This document shows positions 12,042 through 21,968 of a DNA stretch of 64,000 nucleotides, piece after piece. Source of the DNA: an uncultured delta proteobacterium. Lineage in GTDB: Bacteria > Myxococcota_A > Polyangia > Polyangiales > Polyangiaceae. Location: contig CAWJCS010000002.1 of NCBI GenBank assembly GCA_963841435.1, positions 96,001 through 160,000 of the forward strand. The letters are read 5' to 3'. A program made the translations under genes and the position numbers. The first letter of the stretch is position 1; the number at the start of each line of letters is the position of its first letter. A model generated the notes under the pieces. It was not told where the DNA came from, did no database searches, and worked only from the letters and a program-made list of their open reading frames with translations.

Positions 12042-12232
12042 GATTCGTTCCAAACGTAGCGCCGGCACCCACTTGACGCGAGAGGGTCCGGGTCCGAAGT
12101 GTTTAGAGCGTGACGCTCGGCTCCCTTTCCGCCAAAATCCGCGACCTTGCCGTGTTTCCGCTGGCGTTCGTGGCGGCTTGCGGGCGCGGGCAAGGGTCGT
12201 CGGGTCCAAAACCCACCACGGAGGACAGAAAC

Positions 12233-12718
12233 ATGAGCCTCTACACGCTCAGCGCGAAAACGCTCGAGGGCAAAGAGCAGGCGCTCGGCGACTTTTCCGG
12301 CAAGGTCACGCTGCTCGTCAACGTGGCAAGCCACTGCGGGAACACGCCGCAGTATACTGGCCTCGAAAAGCTCCACGAGAAGTACGCCGCGCGGGGCTTT
12401 TCCGTGCTCGGCTTTCCGAGCAACGATTTCGGCAAGCAGGAACCGGGCAGCGCTCAGGAGATCCGCGAATTTTGCTCGACGAAGTACAAGGTCAGCTTCC
12501 CGCTCTTCGAGAAGGTGCAGACCAAGCCGGGTGCCGGGCAGTCGCCCGTGTACGCGACGCTCGAGCGTGCGTCGGGTCAGCTACCGAACTGGAATTTCGG
12601 CAAGTACCTCGTCGGGCGCGACGGGCGTGTCGTCGAGTACTTCAGCCCGCGCACCAAGCCCGACGATCCGAAGGTCGTCGCCGCCATCGAGAAGGCGCTG
12701 GACGCGCCGGCGAGCTGA
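12233..12718 (+). CDS. Glutathione peroxidase family (Cys-type)
   Basis: [47 protein letters not shown] upstream of ATG 12233. A possible upstream GTG at 12110 would add a lipoprotein-like leader. Confidence 0.93.
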   Translation: MSLYTLSAKTLEGKEQALGDFSGKVTLLVNVASHCGNTPQYTGLEKLHEKYAARGFSVLGFPSNDFGKQEPGSAQEIREFCSTKYKVSFPLFEKVQTKPGAGQSPVYATLERASGQLPNWNFGKYLVGRDGRVVEYFSPRTKPDDPKVVAAIEKALDAPAS

Positions 12719-12806
12719 GCGCCGGGCCGAGCGGCGTGGCGCGAAGTGTCGCCGCGCCGGGCCCCGCGGCACGCGCGCGCACCCCCGCGCCGCTCGTGAG
12801 GCGCTC

Positions 12807-13668
12807 ATGATCGCGCCCGAGCTCGCGACGCTGCTCGTCGCCTGCCCCGACCGTCGGGGCATCGTCGCGGCGCTCGCGCAGGTGCTCTACGGGCACGGCG
12901 CGAACATCCTCGACTCCGATCAGCACACGGACGCGGTCGCCGGGATGTTCTTCCAGCGCATCCGGTTCGATCTGTCCGCGCTGCAAACCGATCGGCTCAC
13001 GCTCGAGCGCGCCATCAAGGAGGTGGGCGGGCGTTTCGAGATGCGCTACCGGCTGGTCTACGCCGAGCGGCCGAAGCGCGTCGCCATCTTCGTGTCGCGT
13101 CACGACCATTGCCTCTATGATCTCTTGCTCCGCCACCGCGGCAAGGAGCTTGCCTGCGATCTTCGGCTCATCGTCAGCAATCACGTTGACCTCGAGGGCG
13201 TTGCGCGCGACTTCGGTGTCCGGTTCGCCCACTTTCCCGTCGCGCCCGCCACCAAGGCCGAGGTCGAGGCGCAGGAGATTGCGGTGCTCGACGGAGAGGA
13301 CGTTCGAGCTGGTGATCCTCGCGCGGTACATGCAGATCCTCGGCGAGGCGATGGTGACGCACTTCGAGGGCCGCATCATCAACATCCACCATTCGTTTTT
13401 GCCGGCGTTCGTCGGCGGCAAGCCATACCACCAGGCCTACGAGCGCGGCGTGAAGCTCATCGGCGCGACGGCGCACTACGCCACCCCCAGCCTCGACCAG
13501 GGCCCCATCATCGAGCAGGACGTCGTGCGCTGCTCGCACAAGGATTCGATCGAGGACTTGGTGCGCAAGGGGCGCGACCTCGAAAAGGTCGTACTGGCGC
13601 GCGCCGTTCGCTGGCACCTCGACGATCGCGTGCTCGTCTACGGCAACAAGACCGTCGTCTTCGACTGA
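12807..13668 (+). CDS. purU: Formyltetrahydrofolate deformylase, one frameshift near 13303
   Basis: N-terminal ACT ([10 protein letters not shown]), [60 protein letters not shown], end [10 protein letters not shown]. Confidence 0.95.
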
Positions 13669-13741
13669 CACGAGGGCGCTGCCGCGCCGTCGAAAGAAAC
13701 GCCGGCGGACCCGCGCGCGGCCTCGCACGACGCTCGCGCGA

Positions 13742-14482
13742 CTACAGCGTCTTCGCGTTCTGCGCCGCGCGGATGGCCTGGTCGAGGGCGCCGGGGCTGT
13801 AGCCCACCATGAGCTGGCCCATGATGTCGATGACGGGGATCGAGGCGCCGCCACGTCCCGCGCGCGCCAGCTTGTCCTGCATCTCGGCCTGCGCGGCCTC
13901 GCTCGCCTCGATGTCCTTCATGATCACCGTGACGCCGCGACTCCTGAGGTAGTCCGCCGCAGCGTGGCAGGGCTTGCACCAGGATGCCCCGTAGATGATG
14001 GCCACGATCTTTTTGGTCGGGCTTGCTGCGCGCTCGGAGCCCCCGGGCGCAGAGCTCGGCGCTGGGGGCGCAGCGCTCGGGGCGAGGGACTCGAGCCGCT
14101 CCTTGCGGAGCGATGCGCCGAGCTCGTCCCAGGCGGCGCGCGACATGGTCTTCAAGCGGTAGCTGCCGTCGGGCGTCGTCTCGTCGAGGTTCGCGACGTA
14201 GACGAGGTCGGCCGTGCCGGCAGGCTTGTCGACGACGACGACTCGCACCCGATCACGATGCGTGGCCGGCACGTCGGATGGCTTCTGGACGACGTGAAAA
14301 TCGCCCTTCTCGTCGATCCAGGTCAAAAGCAGGTTCGGCGTGTCGGGTTTCACGACGAGAGCGGGCAGCGCGCTCGAGCTCGGCGCCGCCGACGCCGGGT
14401 CCTGACGTTCGTCGCCGCCTGCCTGCTTGCAGGACACGGCGAAAAAAAGCAGCGCGAACGCCCAGGCAAGCCCCGATTTCAC
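13742..14482 (-). CDS. Lipoprotein with C-terminal glutaredoxin (NrdH-like) domain
   Basis: Signal and lipobox (FFAVSC); YGASWCKPC redox motif; SIPVIDIMGQLMVGYS. GTG start overlaps the TGA of the upstream ABC-F gene. Confidence 0.85.
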   Translation of the reverse strand: MKSGLAWAFALLFFAVSCKQAGGDERQDPASAAPSSSALPALVVKPDTPNLLLTWIDEKGDFHVVQKPSDVPATHRDRVRVVVVDKPAGTADLVYVANLDETTPDGSYRLKTMSRAAWDELGASLRKERLESLAPSAAPPAPSSAPGGSERAASPTKKIVAIIYGASWCKPCHAAADYLRSRGVTVIMKDIEASEAAQAEMQDKLARAGRGGASIPVIDIMGQLMVGYSPGALDQAIRAAQNAKTL

Positions 14483-16539
14483 GCCGAGCCCTCGCCTTCG
14501 CGCGCCTTCCCGAGCTCCTCCGACAGCGAGACCCATGCTTCGATGACTTTCGCGAGCTCGTGACTGAGCTCACGCTCCCTTCTAGCCCATTCGTGGAGCT
14601 TCTCCCAGTCGCCCCCGCCCGCCTCGACCAAAAGCTTCTTGTAGTGGTCGACTTCCGCTTGAAGCTCCGTGCTTCGCGCCTCGAGCAATGCCACCTGCTT
14701 CGTCTTGCGTTCGAGGTCGCGCGCCTGGTCGCGGCGCGCTCGGTACGCCGCGGCGCCGCGATCGGGTTCCGCTTTCTTGTCGCCGTCGGCTTTGTCGCCT
14801 TCGGCCTTGCCGCCGGCTTCGCTGCCGCGACCACCCGCCGACGCCCCGGGCCCACCCGCCTTGCGTCCCCGTTCGCCGTTGCCGCGGCCCGACATGCCAC
14901 GCGGGTGCGGCTCCGCCGCCTCCTTCGCCGCGCGCTCCGCGCGCGCCAGCGCTTCGCCGTAGTCCTTGAAGCCGCCTTCGAACGGATCGAGCCCGCTCGG
15001 CGTGAACGCGAGCGTCCGCGTGCTCACGTTCTCGAGGAAGCGACGGTCGTGCGAAACGAACAGCACGGTGCCCTCGAAGCCGACCAGCGCCTCCTCGAGG
15101 ATCTCGGCCGCGGGGATGTCGAGGTGGTTCGTGGGCTCGTCGAGGAACAAGAGATTGCGCGGCTCGAGGAGCAGCTTCGCGAGCGCGAGCCGCGTGCGCT
15201 CGCCGCCCGACAGGCTCTGCACGGGGCGCAGCGGGTCGTCGCCGTGGAAGCGGAACCGCGCGAGATACTGCCGCGTGCCGTCGACGTTCAAATCGCCGCG
15301 CACGCTGCGGATCTCCTCGACGCAGGTGCGCGCCGGGTCGAGCGTGCCGAGCTGCTGGTCGAAGTAGCCGTCGGCGAGGTTCGTGCCCCGTCGCACGTCG
15401 CCGCGGTCGCCGGCTGCTCCGAGCCCCGCGAGCAGCTTGAGCAGCGTCGACTTGCCGCAGCCGTTCGGACCCACGAGCGCCATGCGATCACCACGCCGCA
15501 CGAGCAGGTCCAGCCCCGAAAATAGCGTGACCCCGCCGCGCTCGGCGGTGAGCCCCTTCGCCTCCAGCACGATGTCGCCGCTGCGCGGTGGGTCGGCGAA
15601 GCGAAAGCGCACGCGCCCCGCGCGCGCCCACACGTCCTCGGGTCGCTCGATGCGCTCGAGCTTGTCGAGCATGCGGCGGCGTGACTGTGCCTGCTTGGTC
15701 TTTTGCCCCGCAATGTTCTTGCGGATGAAGTCTTCCGTCTTCTCGATCATGCTCGCTTGCTCCTCGGCGAGCTTCTGCTCCCGCTCTAGATCGGCGGCGC
15801 GTTCGCGGTGGTAGTCGCTGTAGCAGAGCGGGTAGGTGCGAAACGCGCGTCGGCCGAGCTCGAACGTGAACGGGCAGGCCGCGTCGAGGAACGCGCGATC
15901 GTGCGACACGACGAGCATGGCCGCCCGGAGGCTCGTGAGGTGGCCCTCGAGCCAGCGAATCGTGTCGAGATCGAGGTGATTGGTCGGTTCGTCGAGCAAA
16001 AAGAGCTCGGCCTCGCCCGCGAGCACGAGGCCGAGCTCGAGTCGTCCCCGCTCGCCGCCCGAGAGCGTCGTCACGTCGCGCTCGAGGTCGCTTTCCCTGA
16101 ACCCGAGCTTCGTGGCGATGGCTTCGACGCGATGCTCGAGCGCGTCGGCGCCGGCGTGGTGGTAGCGTTCCGTGAGCTCGGCGAGGCGCTCGAGCGTTGC
16201 CCGGTCGCCGCTCGCGGCGTCTGCCTGTGCCCTGCCGAGCTCGCGCCGGAGCGCCACGATGTCCCCGAAGCCGCGCAGCAGCGCATCGCGCACGCTGCCC
16301 TCGAGGTTGGATTCGTGGCTCTGGTGGTAGTAGCCGACGCCGGCTCCCTTCTTGACGACCACCGAGCCCGCGTCGGGCGACACCTCGCCGGAGATGACGC
16401 GGAGCAGCGTGCTCTTGCCGGCGCCGTTCGGCGCGACGAGCCCGGCGCGCTCACCCGGTTCGAGCCGGAACGTCACGTTCTCGAACAGGGGCTCGTTGGT
16501 GAACCCGAATTTCAACTGGGCGACTTCGAGGACGGGCAC
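14479..16539 (-). CDS. ABC-F family ATP-binding protein (Uup/YheS-like)
   Basis: Two ABC domains (APNGAGKS/LSGGE/LLDEPTNHLD and GPNGCGKS/LSGGE/LDEPTNHLD), interdomain linker KTKQAQSRRRML, C-terminal coiled coil, no TM segments. Confidence 0.92.
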   Translation of the reverse strand: MPVLEVAQLKFGFTNEPLFENVTFRLEPGERAGLVAPNGAGKSTLLRVISGEVSPDAGSVVVKKGAGVGYYHQSHESNLEGSVRDALLRGFGDIVALRRELGRAQADAASGDRATLERLAELTERYHHAGADALEHRVEAIATKLGFRESDLERDVTTLSGGERGRLELGLVLAGEAELFLLDEPTNHLDLDTIRWLEGHLTSLRAAMLVVSHDRAFLDAACPFTFELGRRAFRTYPLCYSDYHRERAADLEREQKLAEEQASMIEKTEDFIRKNIAGQKTKQAQSRRRMLDKLERIERPEDVWARAGRVRFRFADPPRSGDIVLEAKGLTAERGGVTLFSGLDLLVRRGDRMALVGPNGCGKSTLLKLLAGLGAAGDRGDVRRGTNLADGYFDQQLGTLDPARTCVEEIRSVRGDLNVDGTRQYLARFRFHGDDPLRPVQSLSGGERTRLALAKLLLEPRNLLFLDEPTNHLDIPAAEILEEALVGFEGTVLFVSHDRRFLENVSTRTLAFTPSGLDPFEGGFKDYGEALARAERAAKEAAEPHPRGMSGRGNGERGRKAGGPGASAGGRGSEAGGKAEGDKADGDKKAEPDRGAAAYRARRDQARDLERKTKQVALLEARSTELQAEVDHYKKLLVEAGGGDWEKLHEWARRERELSHELAKVIEAWVSLSEELGKAREGEGSA

Positions 16540-16631
16540 GGCAGCTCGGCGGAGGCGGCGATGTTTAGCGCGGATCGCGCGTCGCCCGGGCGTCAACGGG
16601 AAATTCAGTCTCGCTGGAATCAGAAGGCAGC

Positions 16632-16994
16632 GTCGTCGCGATCGCGACGACTTTGGCGCGGGCTACTCCTCGCTGAGCTACCTGCGCTGTTTGCCGCTCG
16701 ACAGCATCAAAGTGGACCGCTCGTTCATTCGCGACGCGACGACGAATCAGGATAGCGCCGCCATTGCTGCCGCGATCCTCGCCATGTCGAAGCAGCTCGC
16801 GACTCGAAGCGGTCGCCGAGGGCGTCGAAACGGCGGACCAGCTCGCATTTTTGATGAATCACCGCTGCCCGCTCGTCCAAGGGTTTCTCTTTAGCCGACC
16901 GCTCCCGCCCGACGAGCTCGTGGCGTGGGTGCGTGGGCGACAGCGTGACAGCCGCCACCCTTCCGGCGTGATCGGCGCGCTCGGCGCCGCCTGA
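16632..16994 (+). pseudogene. EAL (c-di-GMP phosphodiesterase) domain remnant, C-terminal half only, frameshifted
   Basis: DDFGAGYSSLSYL..LPLDSIKVDRSFI, then after a shift AVAEGVET..Q..FL....C..VQGFLFSRP. No N-terminal half and no room for one before the divergent ABC-F start. Confidence 0.8.
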
Positions 16995-17077
16995 CCGAGC
17001 CTTCGGCCCGAAAGGCGCGGAAACGCCGACCCGATGCGCGGCGCCCCCGAGCGCGCGAGCCCGCGAGGCGTTCGGGC

Positions 17078-17923
17078 TCAGCTCGCCGGGGCTTCGGGTG
17101 GGGGGAGCGAGCCACGCTCCCTGCCGGAGAGGCGTGCAAGGAGGGCGCGGAGCGTCTCGACGATGCCGATCAAGAGGTAGACGCTGAGCAGCCAGATGAG
17201 CACGAATTCGGGGCGGAAGCGTCGCCACACGAAGGCGCTCGACGCGATCACGAAGAGCACGAGCAGCACGGTGCCCGTGTCGAGCCTGAGATCCTTGAAG
17301 GAGCGAAAGCGCACGTTCGACACCATGAGCAGGCTCAGGCCCACCGTCACGAGCAAGAGCACGAGCGTGTATTCCGAGCGCCCGATCAGCCCGCCCGCAG
17401 CGTGGTTTGCCACGACGAGCGAGACGAGAATGCCCGAGGCCGGCGGCGTGGGAAGCCCGATGATGTGGCGGCCAGGCTTGACCGGGGCGCCGCTCGAGCC
17501 CGAAGACAGCACGTTGAAGCGTGCGAGCCGCACGGCGGCGCACGCGACGTACAAGAAGGCCGCCAACAGCCCCGGCACGGGAAAGCGGTAGAGCACCCAC
17601 TTGTAGACGAGGAGCGCGGGCGCGAGTCCAAAGGAAATCACGTCGGCGAGTGAATCGAGCTGCAAGCCGAACGCGCTCTGGGTCTTGGTCATGCGTGCCA
17701 CGCGCCCGTCCATGAGATCGAACAGCATGGCGAAGATGAGCAGCACGGCCGCGCGGTAGACATCGGCGTCCGTCGGCTGCTCCTTGGCGACGAGCCGAAT
17801 GGCGTTGAATCCGCAGAAGACGCTGCCGAGCGTGATGAGGTTCGGCAACACGAATAGCGTCTTCCGAAGGTCGAGCTTCCTCCTCGGACGACTCGAGGCC
17901 CGGCCTGGCCGGCGAAACGCCAT
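17078..17923 (-). CDS. pssA: CDP-diacylglycerol--serine O-phosphatidyltransferase
   Basis: LPNLITLG; CDP-alcohol phosphotransferase motif DLMDGRVARMTKTQSAFGLQLDSLADVISFG; RLARFN; GLPTP; multiple TM helices. Confidence 0.93.
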   Translation of the reverse strand: MAFRRPGRASSRPRRKLDLRKTLFVLPNLITLGSVFCGFNAIRLVAKEQPTDADVYRAAVLLIFAMLFDLMDGRVARMTKTQSAFGLQLDSLADVISFGLAPALLVYKWVLYRFPVPGLLAAFLYVACAAVRLARFNVLSSGSSGAPVKPGRHIIGLPTPPASGILVSLVVANHAAGGLIGRSEYTLVLLLVTVGLSLLMVSNVRFRSFKDLRLDTGTVLLVLFVIASSAFVWRRFRPEFVLIWLLSVYLLIGIVETLRALLARLSGRERGSLPPPEAPAS

Positions 17924-18049
17924 GATCAAAAGGGTACGCCGCCCTCGCTCCACCGTCGAGCCCGACCGTAGCGGCCCCCGCGCTCGGCTGCTCTCGGTGC
18001 CGACCCCGCGTATTTGGCCAGGCTCGGCGCGCGGGCGTACGCTCGCGGC

Positions 18050-18490
18050 ATGCGCTCCCCGTGTGGCACGGCCCTTTGCCGGCTTCTCCCGCTCTTCCTC
18101 GTCGCAGGCCCGCTCGCGTGCGCGAGTGATCGCGATGCCGTCGAGAAACAGCTATCGAAGCTTCGCGAACAGGTCACGGAACTGCAGAACGAGACCGACC
18201 TCATGGGGGAGCGGCTCGACGCGGTCGAGCAGCACGGCCCGGCCCGATCCGAGGGCACGAGGACGGCCGCCACGGCGCCCGAGACGCTCACGCGACCGAA
18301 CCTCAAGGTCGTGCGGGTCGAGCCCCCGGGACAGGCCGACGCCGCCGACGCTCAGACGCCCGACGCCGACGCTGATCCGGGGCCGCGCGTCGTGATCCAG
18401 GGCGAAGGCAAGGACCTCGAAACGAAGACCCTGCCGCCCATTGCCAAGGCGCAACCCCGGCCCGAGGCCGCGCGCCCAGCGAAGAACTGA
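18050..18490 (+). CDS. Hypothetical lipoprotein with coiled coil
   Basis: Signal and lipobox (GPLAC), then a heptad segment VEKQLSKLREQVTELQNETDLMGERL; stop 3 nt before the LysM gene. Confidence 0.65.
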   Translation: MRSPCGTALCRLLPLFLVAGPLACASDRDAVEKQLSKLREQVTELQNETDLMGERLDAVEQHGPARSEGTRTAATAPETLTRPNLKVVRVEPPGQADAADAQTPDADADPGPRVVIQGEGKDLETKTLPPIAKAQPRPEAARPAKN

Positions 18491-18493
18491 TCG

Positions 18494-19867
18494 ATGCGCA
18501 CCCACGGCCTTGCCCTCCTTTCCGCGCTGTTCGTGGCGCCCGCCGCCCTCGCGCAGGCACCCGGGCCGAGTGACGCACCGATGGCGCCCGCGACCCCCGC
18601 GCCACAGGCCGCTCCGGCGCCCATCGTCACTTCGCCCGGTCCTGCCGGCGGCGTCATCCTCACGCCCATCACCGGCGTCAACCCGAACGCCGGTCTGCCC
18701 TCGAGCTCGCGGCCCAAGACCGGCAACGAGAGCGACAGCTTCGACCTCGGCAACCGCACTGGCGGCCCCGCGGTCGTCGGCAATCCGGGTGGCTCCGCCG
18801 TGATCGCCGATTCCGCCGGGTCGCGCGCGCTCTCCGTGCCTTCGATCCACCTCGTGCGCCGCGGTGACACGCTCTGGGATCTTTCGGGCCACTACTACGG
18901 CAATCCGTGGCAGTGGCCGCGCATCTGGAGCCAGAACCCGCAGGTCGAGAACCCGCACTGGATTTACCCCGGCGACCAGCTCCGCCTGCAACCCGGCGAC
19001 GGTACGGGCTCGCTCTATGATCGTCTCGGTTCGGGTCGCGGAGGGAGCGGCAGGAACGGCATCACGCGCCGCCCGGGCCTCGTCGACGAGCGACAGAGCC
19101 TCGCGAAGGGCACGCTCGTGCTGCGCGATCAGGGCTTCATCGGCGACCCGGACACCGACGTTTGGGGTGAGATTGCCGGTGCCGTCGAGGAGCAGATGCT
19201 GCTCTCCGAGGGCAATCACGTCTACCTCCTACTCAAGCCCGGCAAGACGGTGAAGCCGGGTGAAGAGCTCACGCTGTTTCGCACGCTGAGGCAGCCCAAG
19301 GACGTACCGGGTGCGCGCACGCCCCCCGGCGAGATCGTCGCCGTGCTCGGCACGGTGAAGCTCGAGAGCGTGGACCCGAAGAACAACATGGCCCGCGCCA
19401 AGATCACCGAATCGGTCAACGTGATCGAGCGGGGTGCGCGCGTCGGACCCGTGCGTCGCCGGTTCGACATCGTTCCACCGTTGAAAAACACGGCGAACGT
19501 GTCCGCCCGCGTGCTCACGAGCCTCTACCCGCACGTATTTCTGGCGCAAAACCAGGTGGTCTTCCTCGATCACGGCAGCCAGGACGGGCTCAAGCCGGGA
19601 AACCGCATGTTCGTTCAGCGCCGCGGGGACGCCTGGCGCCAATCCCTGACGGCAAAAATGAACGGTGACAGACTGCGCACCGACGCCCCCGAGGCGGTCC
19701 TGGTCGAGCGCACCCCGCTCCGCGGCGAAAACGAGAAATTCCCCCAGGAGATCGTGGGCGAGCTCCGGATCCTCACGACCGAGCGCTACAGCTCGCTGGC
19801 CCTCGTCGTGCAGTCCATCCGGGAGGTCGTTCCCGGGGACCTGGTGGTCGCGCGGGCGGGCGAGTAG
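18494..19867 (+). CDS. LysM peptidoglycan-binding domain protein (TsaP-like)
   Basis: Signal peptide; LysM HLVRRGDTLWDLSGHYYGNPWQWPRIWSQNPQVENPHWIYPGD; beta-rich C-terminal region with VFLDHGSQDGLKPG. Confidence 0.85.
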   Translation: MRTHGLALLSALFVAPAALAQAPGPSDAPMAPATPAPQAAPAPIVTSPGPAGGVILTPITGVNPNAGLPSSSRPKTGNESDSFDLGNRTGGPAVVGNPGGSAVIADSAGSRALSVPSIHLVRRGDTLWDLSGHYYGNPWQWPRIWSQNPQVENPHWIYPGDQLRLQPGDGTGSLYDRLGSGRGGSGRNGITRRPGLVDERQSLAKGTLVLRDQGFIGDPDTDVWGEIAGAVEEQMLLSEGNHVYLLLKPGKTVKPGEELTLFRTLRQPKDVPGARTPPGEIVAVLGTVKLESVDPKNNMARAKITESVNVIERGARVGPVRRRFDIVPPLKNTANVSARVLTSLYPHVFLAQNQVVFLDHGSQDGLKPGNRMFVQRRGDAWRQSLTAKMNGDRLRTDAPEAVLVERTPLRGENEKFPQEIVGELRILTTERYSSLALVVQSIREVVPGDLVVARAGE

Positions 19868-19983
19868 TTTCGCGCTGCGTTCTCAGTTTACCGTCCTCTT
19901 GAAACTGGCGTCGGGGGCGGGGTTGACCCGAGGGCCGCCCTGCGGGAAAGACACTGTCGCGGTTTCATTAGCTTCACGGGTCC

Positions 19984-21594
19984 ATGTCGCACGCGGGTCG
20001 TTCACGAATTCGGCGCTGGCTGGCGGGAGCTATTCTCGCGCTGCTCGCGCCGGTCGGCTGCGGCGGGGGTCACGATGACCTGTTCAGCACACCCGGCGAC
20101 AGCGGCTCCGAGACGGGCGGCAGCGCGGGCTCGAGCGGGTCGGCCACGGGCGGTGACGGCGGAAACGGGGGCGTCGGCGGCGGCGGCGCGGGTGGCAGCG
20201 CCGGCGCGAGCGTCGGCGGCAGCACCGGGGGCGACGGAGCGGCGAGTGGCACCGGCGGCGCGGCGGCGACGAGCGCCGCGGGCGGCGGGGCCGGCATGGC
20301 AACCTGTGACAAGGGTGAGACGCTCTGCGATGCCGCCTGCGTCGACACCGACGCGGACGACGACAACTGCGGGGACTGCGGACACGCTTGCCCGGCCCGC
20401 TCTAGTTGCGACTCCGGCGCGTGCGTGTGCGACGGTGACCAGACGCTATGCGACGAGCGTTGCGTCGATACACTCACCAACACGTCGCACTGCGGCGATT
20501 GCGGCATCGCCTGCCCACCGCGCGCGAGCTGCGACGACGGCGAGTGCGTCTGCCCCGACATGGAAACCGAATGTCAGGGCCAGTGCGTCAACACGCAGAC
20601 CAGTCAGACCCACTGCGGCGTCTGCGGCCACGGTTGCCCCGCCCGCGCCATGTGTACCGCGGGCGAATGCCTCTGCCCCGAGGCCGAAACCTTGTGCGTC
20701 AACGTGTGCGCGGACCTCGAGACGAGCAACCAGCATTGTGGCGCCTGCGGCAAACCTTGCGTGGGTGGAACGTGTGAGGGCGGCGACTGCATGTGCCCTG
20801 CGGGCACGGAAAACTGCGACGGCTACTGCTCCGACCTCGACATGGACGTGGACCATTGCGGCGACTGCGACATCGCTTGCCGCTCCGACGAGATCTGCGA
20901 CACGGGGCTCTGCACCTGTGCGCCGAACGAAACGGAATGCGACGGGGTTTGCGCCGACCTCGACAACGACAAGGCGCACTGCGGCGACTGCGACACCGCG
21001 TGCATCAACAACCAGATCTGTGTGAGCGGCGACTGCACCTGCCCGCCCGGTCAGACCGATTGCGACGGCACCTGCTACGATCTCGACAACGATGCCAAGC
21101 ACTGCGGTGGCTGCGACACCGCGTGCATCAACAATCAAATCTGCGCGACGGGTGTCTGTGGCTGCCCCGCCGGTGAAGCGCTGTGCACCGACACCTGCGT
21201 CAACTTCGAGACCGACACCCAGAACTGCGGCAGCTGCGGCCACGCCTGCCCCGCGAACTACCTGTGCTCGGGCGGTACCTGCCTGCGCTCGCCCTGCGAC
21301 ATGATCTGCAACAGCCCCGAGGCCGTGAGCCAGGGCTCGGACGGCTACCGGGTCGAGCCGCTCGGCACCTCGGCGCGCTGCCTCGAGGTGAAGGGCTACG
21401 CCCCCACGGCCACGGTGCCGCGCATCGTTTGCTGGGAATTCACCGGCGGGCGTACCCTCAGGGTCAACGGCATGACCACCCCCTGCCTCAACAACGAGGG
21501 GTCACCGCTCGGCGACCCGCGCGCGGGCGGCTACTGCATCCAGGTGGGGGCTGGGGGCCAGGACTTCGCCGGGATCCTCCTGCCGACGCGCTGA
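19984..21594 (+). CDS. Cys-rich repeat lipoprotein (myxobacterial MXAN_6577-like repeats)
   Basis: Lipobox APVGC, Gly/Ser-rich linker, eight ~41-aa repeats CxxxxxxCxxxCx[DN]xxxxxx[HN]CGxCxxxC...C...C, short C-terminal domain. Confidence 0.85.
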   Translation: MSHAGRSRIRRWLAGAILALLAPVGCGGGHDDLFSTPGDSGSETGGSAGSSGSATGGDGGNGGVGGGGAGGSAGASVGGSTGGDGAASGTGGAAATSAAGGGAGMATCDKGETLCDAACVDTDADDDNCGDCGHACPARSSCDSGACVCDGDQTLCDERCVDTLTNTSHCGDCGIACPPRASCDDGECVCPDMETECQGQCVNTQTSQTHCGVCGHGCPARAMCTAGECLCPEAETLCVNVCADLETSNQHCGACGKPCVGGTCEGGDCMCPAGTENCDGYCSDLDMDVDHCGDCDIACRSDEICDTGLCTCAPNETECDGVCADLDNDKAHCGDCDTACINNQICVSGDCTCPPGQTDCDGTCYDLDNDAKHCGGCDTACINNQICATGVCGCPAGEALCTDTCVNFETDTQNCGSCGHACPANYLCSGGTCLRSPCDMICNSPEAVSQGSDGYRVEPLGTSARCLEVKGYAPTATVPRIVCWEFTGGRTLRVNGMTTPCLNNEGSPLGDPRAGGYCIQVGAGGQDFAGILLPTR

Positions 21595-21623
21595 TCGCGT
21601 CGCTTGCGGGTAGAATCCTCGGC

Positions 21624-21968
21624 ATGGGCAAGTGCCGGGTCTTTTTCCCGCAGACCGTCGTGGACCGCTGGCTCGCCATCGGCGAAGCCGAGCTCACCGG
21701 TGCCGAGCTGTGGTTGCACGCCGAGCGCCGCCGCTACCGGGTCGTCGAGTCGTTGCGGGTCGTGCGCGAGGTCACGGGCACCCCGGACGCCTTCGAGATC
21801 GTGGGCCGCGTGAAGACGTTCGGCTTCGTCACGGAGCTCGGCGCCGAGCTGCTCGGCGACTCGATGATCATCGGCGATAACGCCTACGAGACCGTGCCGG
21901 GCTGGCTGGGCACGCCGCTCATCCCGAAGGGCGAGCTCGAGCGCCGCGGCTCGGGAGCGGACCACTGA
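21624..21968 (+). CDS. Hypothetical protein
   Basis: MGKCRVFFPQTVVDRWL...LGAELLGDSMIIGDNAYETVPGWLG; GC3-biased codons; TGATG coupling to ccsA. Confidence 0.7.
   Translation: MGKCRVFFPQTVVDRWLAIGEAELTGAELWLHAERRRYRVVESLRVVREVTGTPDAFEIVGRVKTFGFVTELGAELLGDSMIIGDNAYETVPGWLGTPLIPKGELERRGSGADH

Noticed and set aside
12320-12345. Selenocysteine in glutathione peroxidase
   Set aside because: The active-site codon is TGC (VASHCG), not TGA.
12807-13668. Programmed ribosomal frameshifting or true pseudogenisation in purU, lhr and the J-domain gene
   Set aside because: No slippery heptamers; each has a single +1 base in a similar sequence context and otherwise intact motifs, so sequencing error is more parsimonious.
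20300-21290. CRISPR-like or DNA-level repeat array
   Set aside because: The periodicity is a degenerate protein repeat (~123 nt) inside one ORF; there are no identical repeats with unique spacers and no cas genes.
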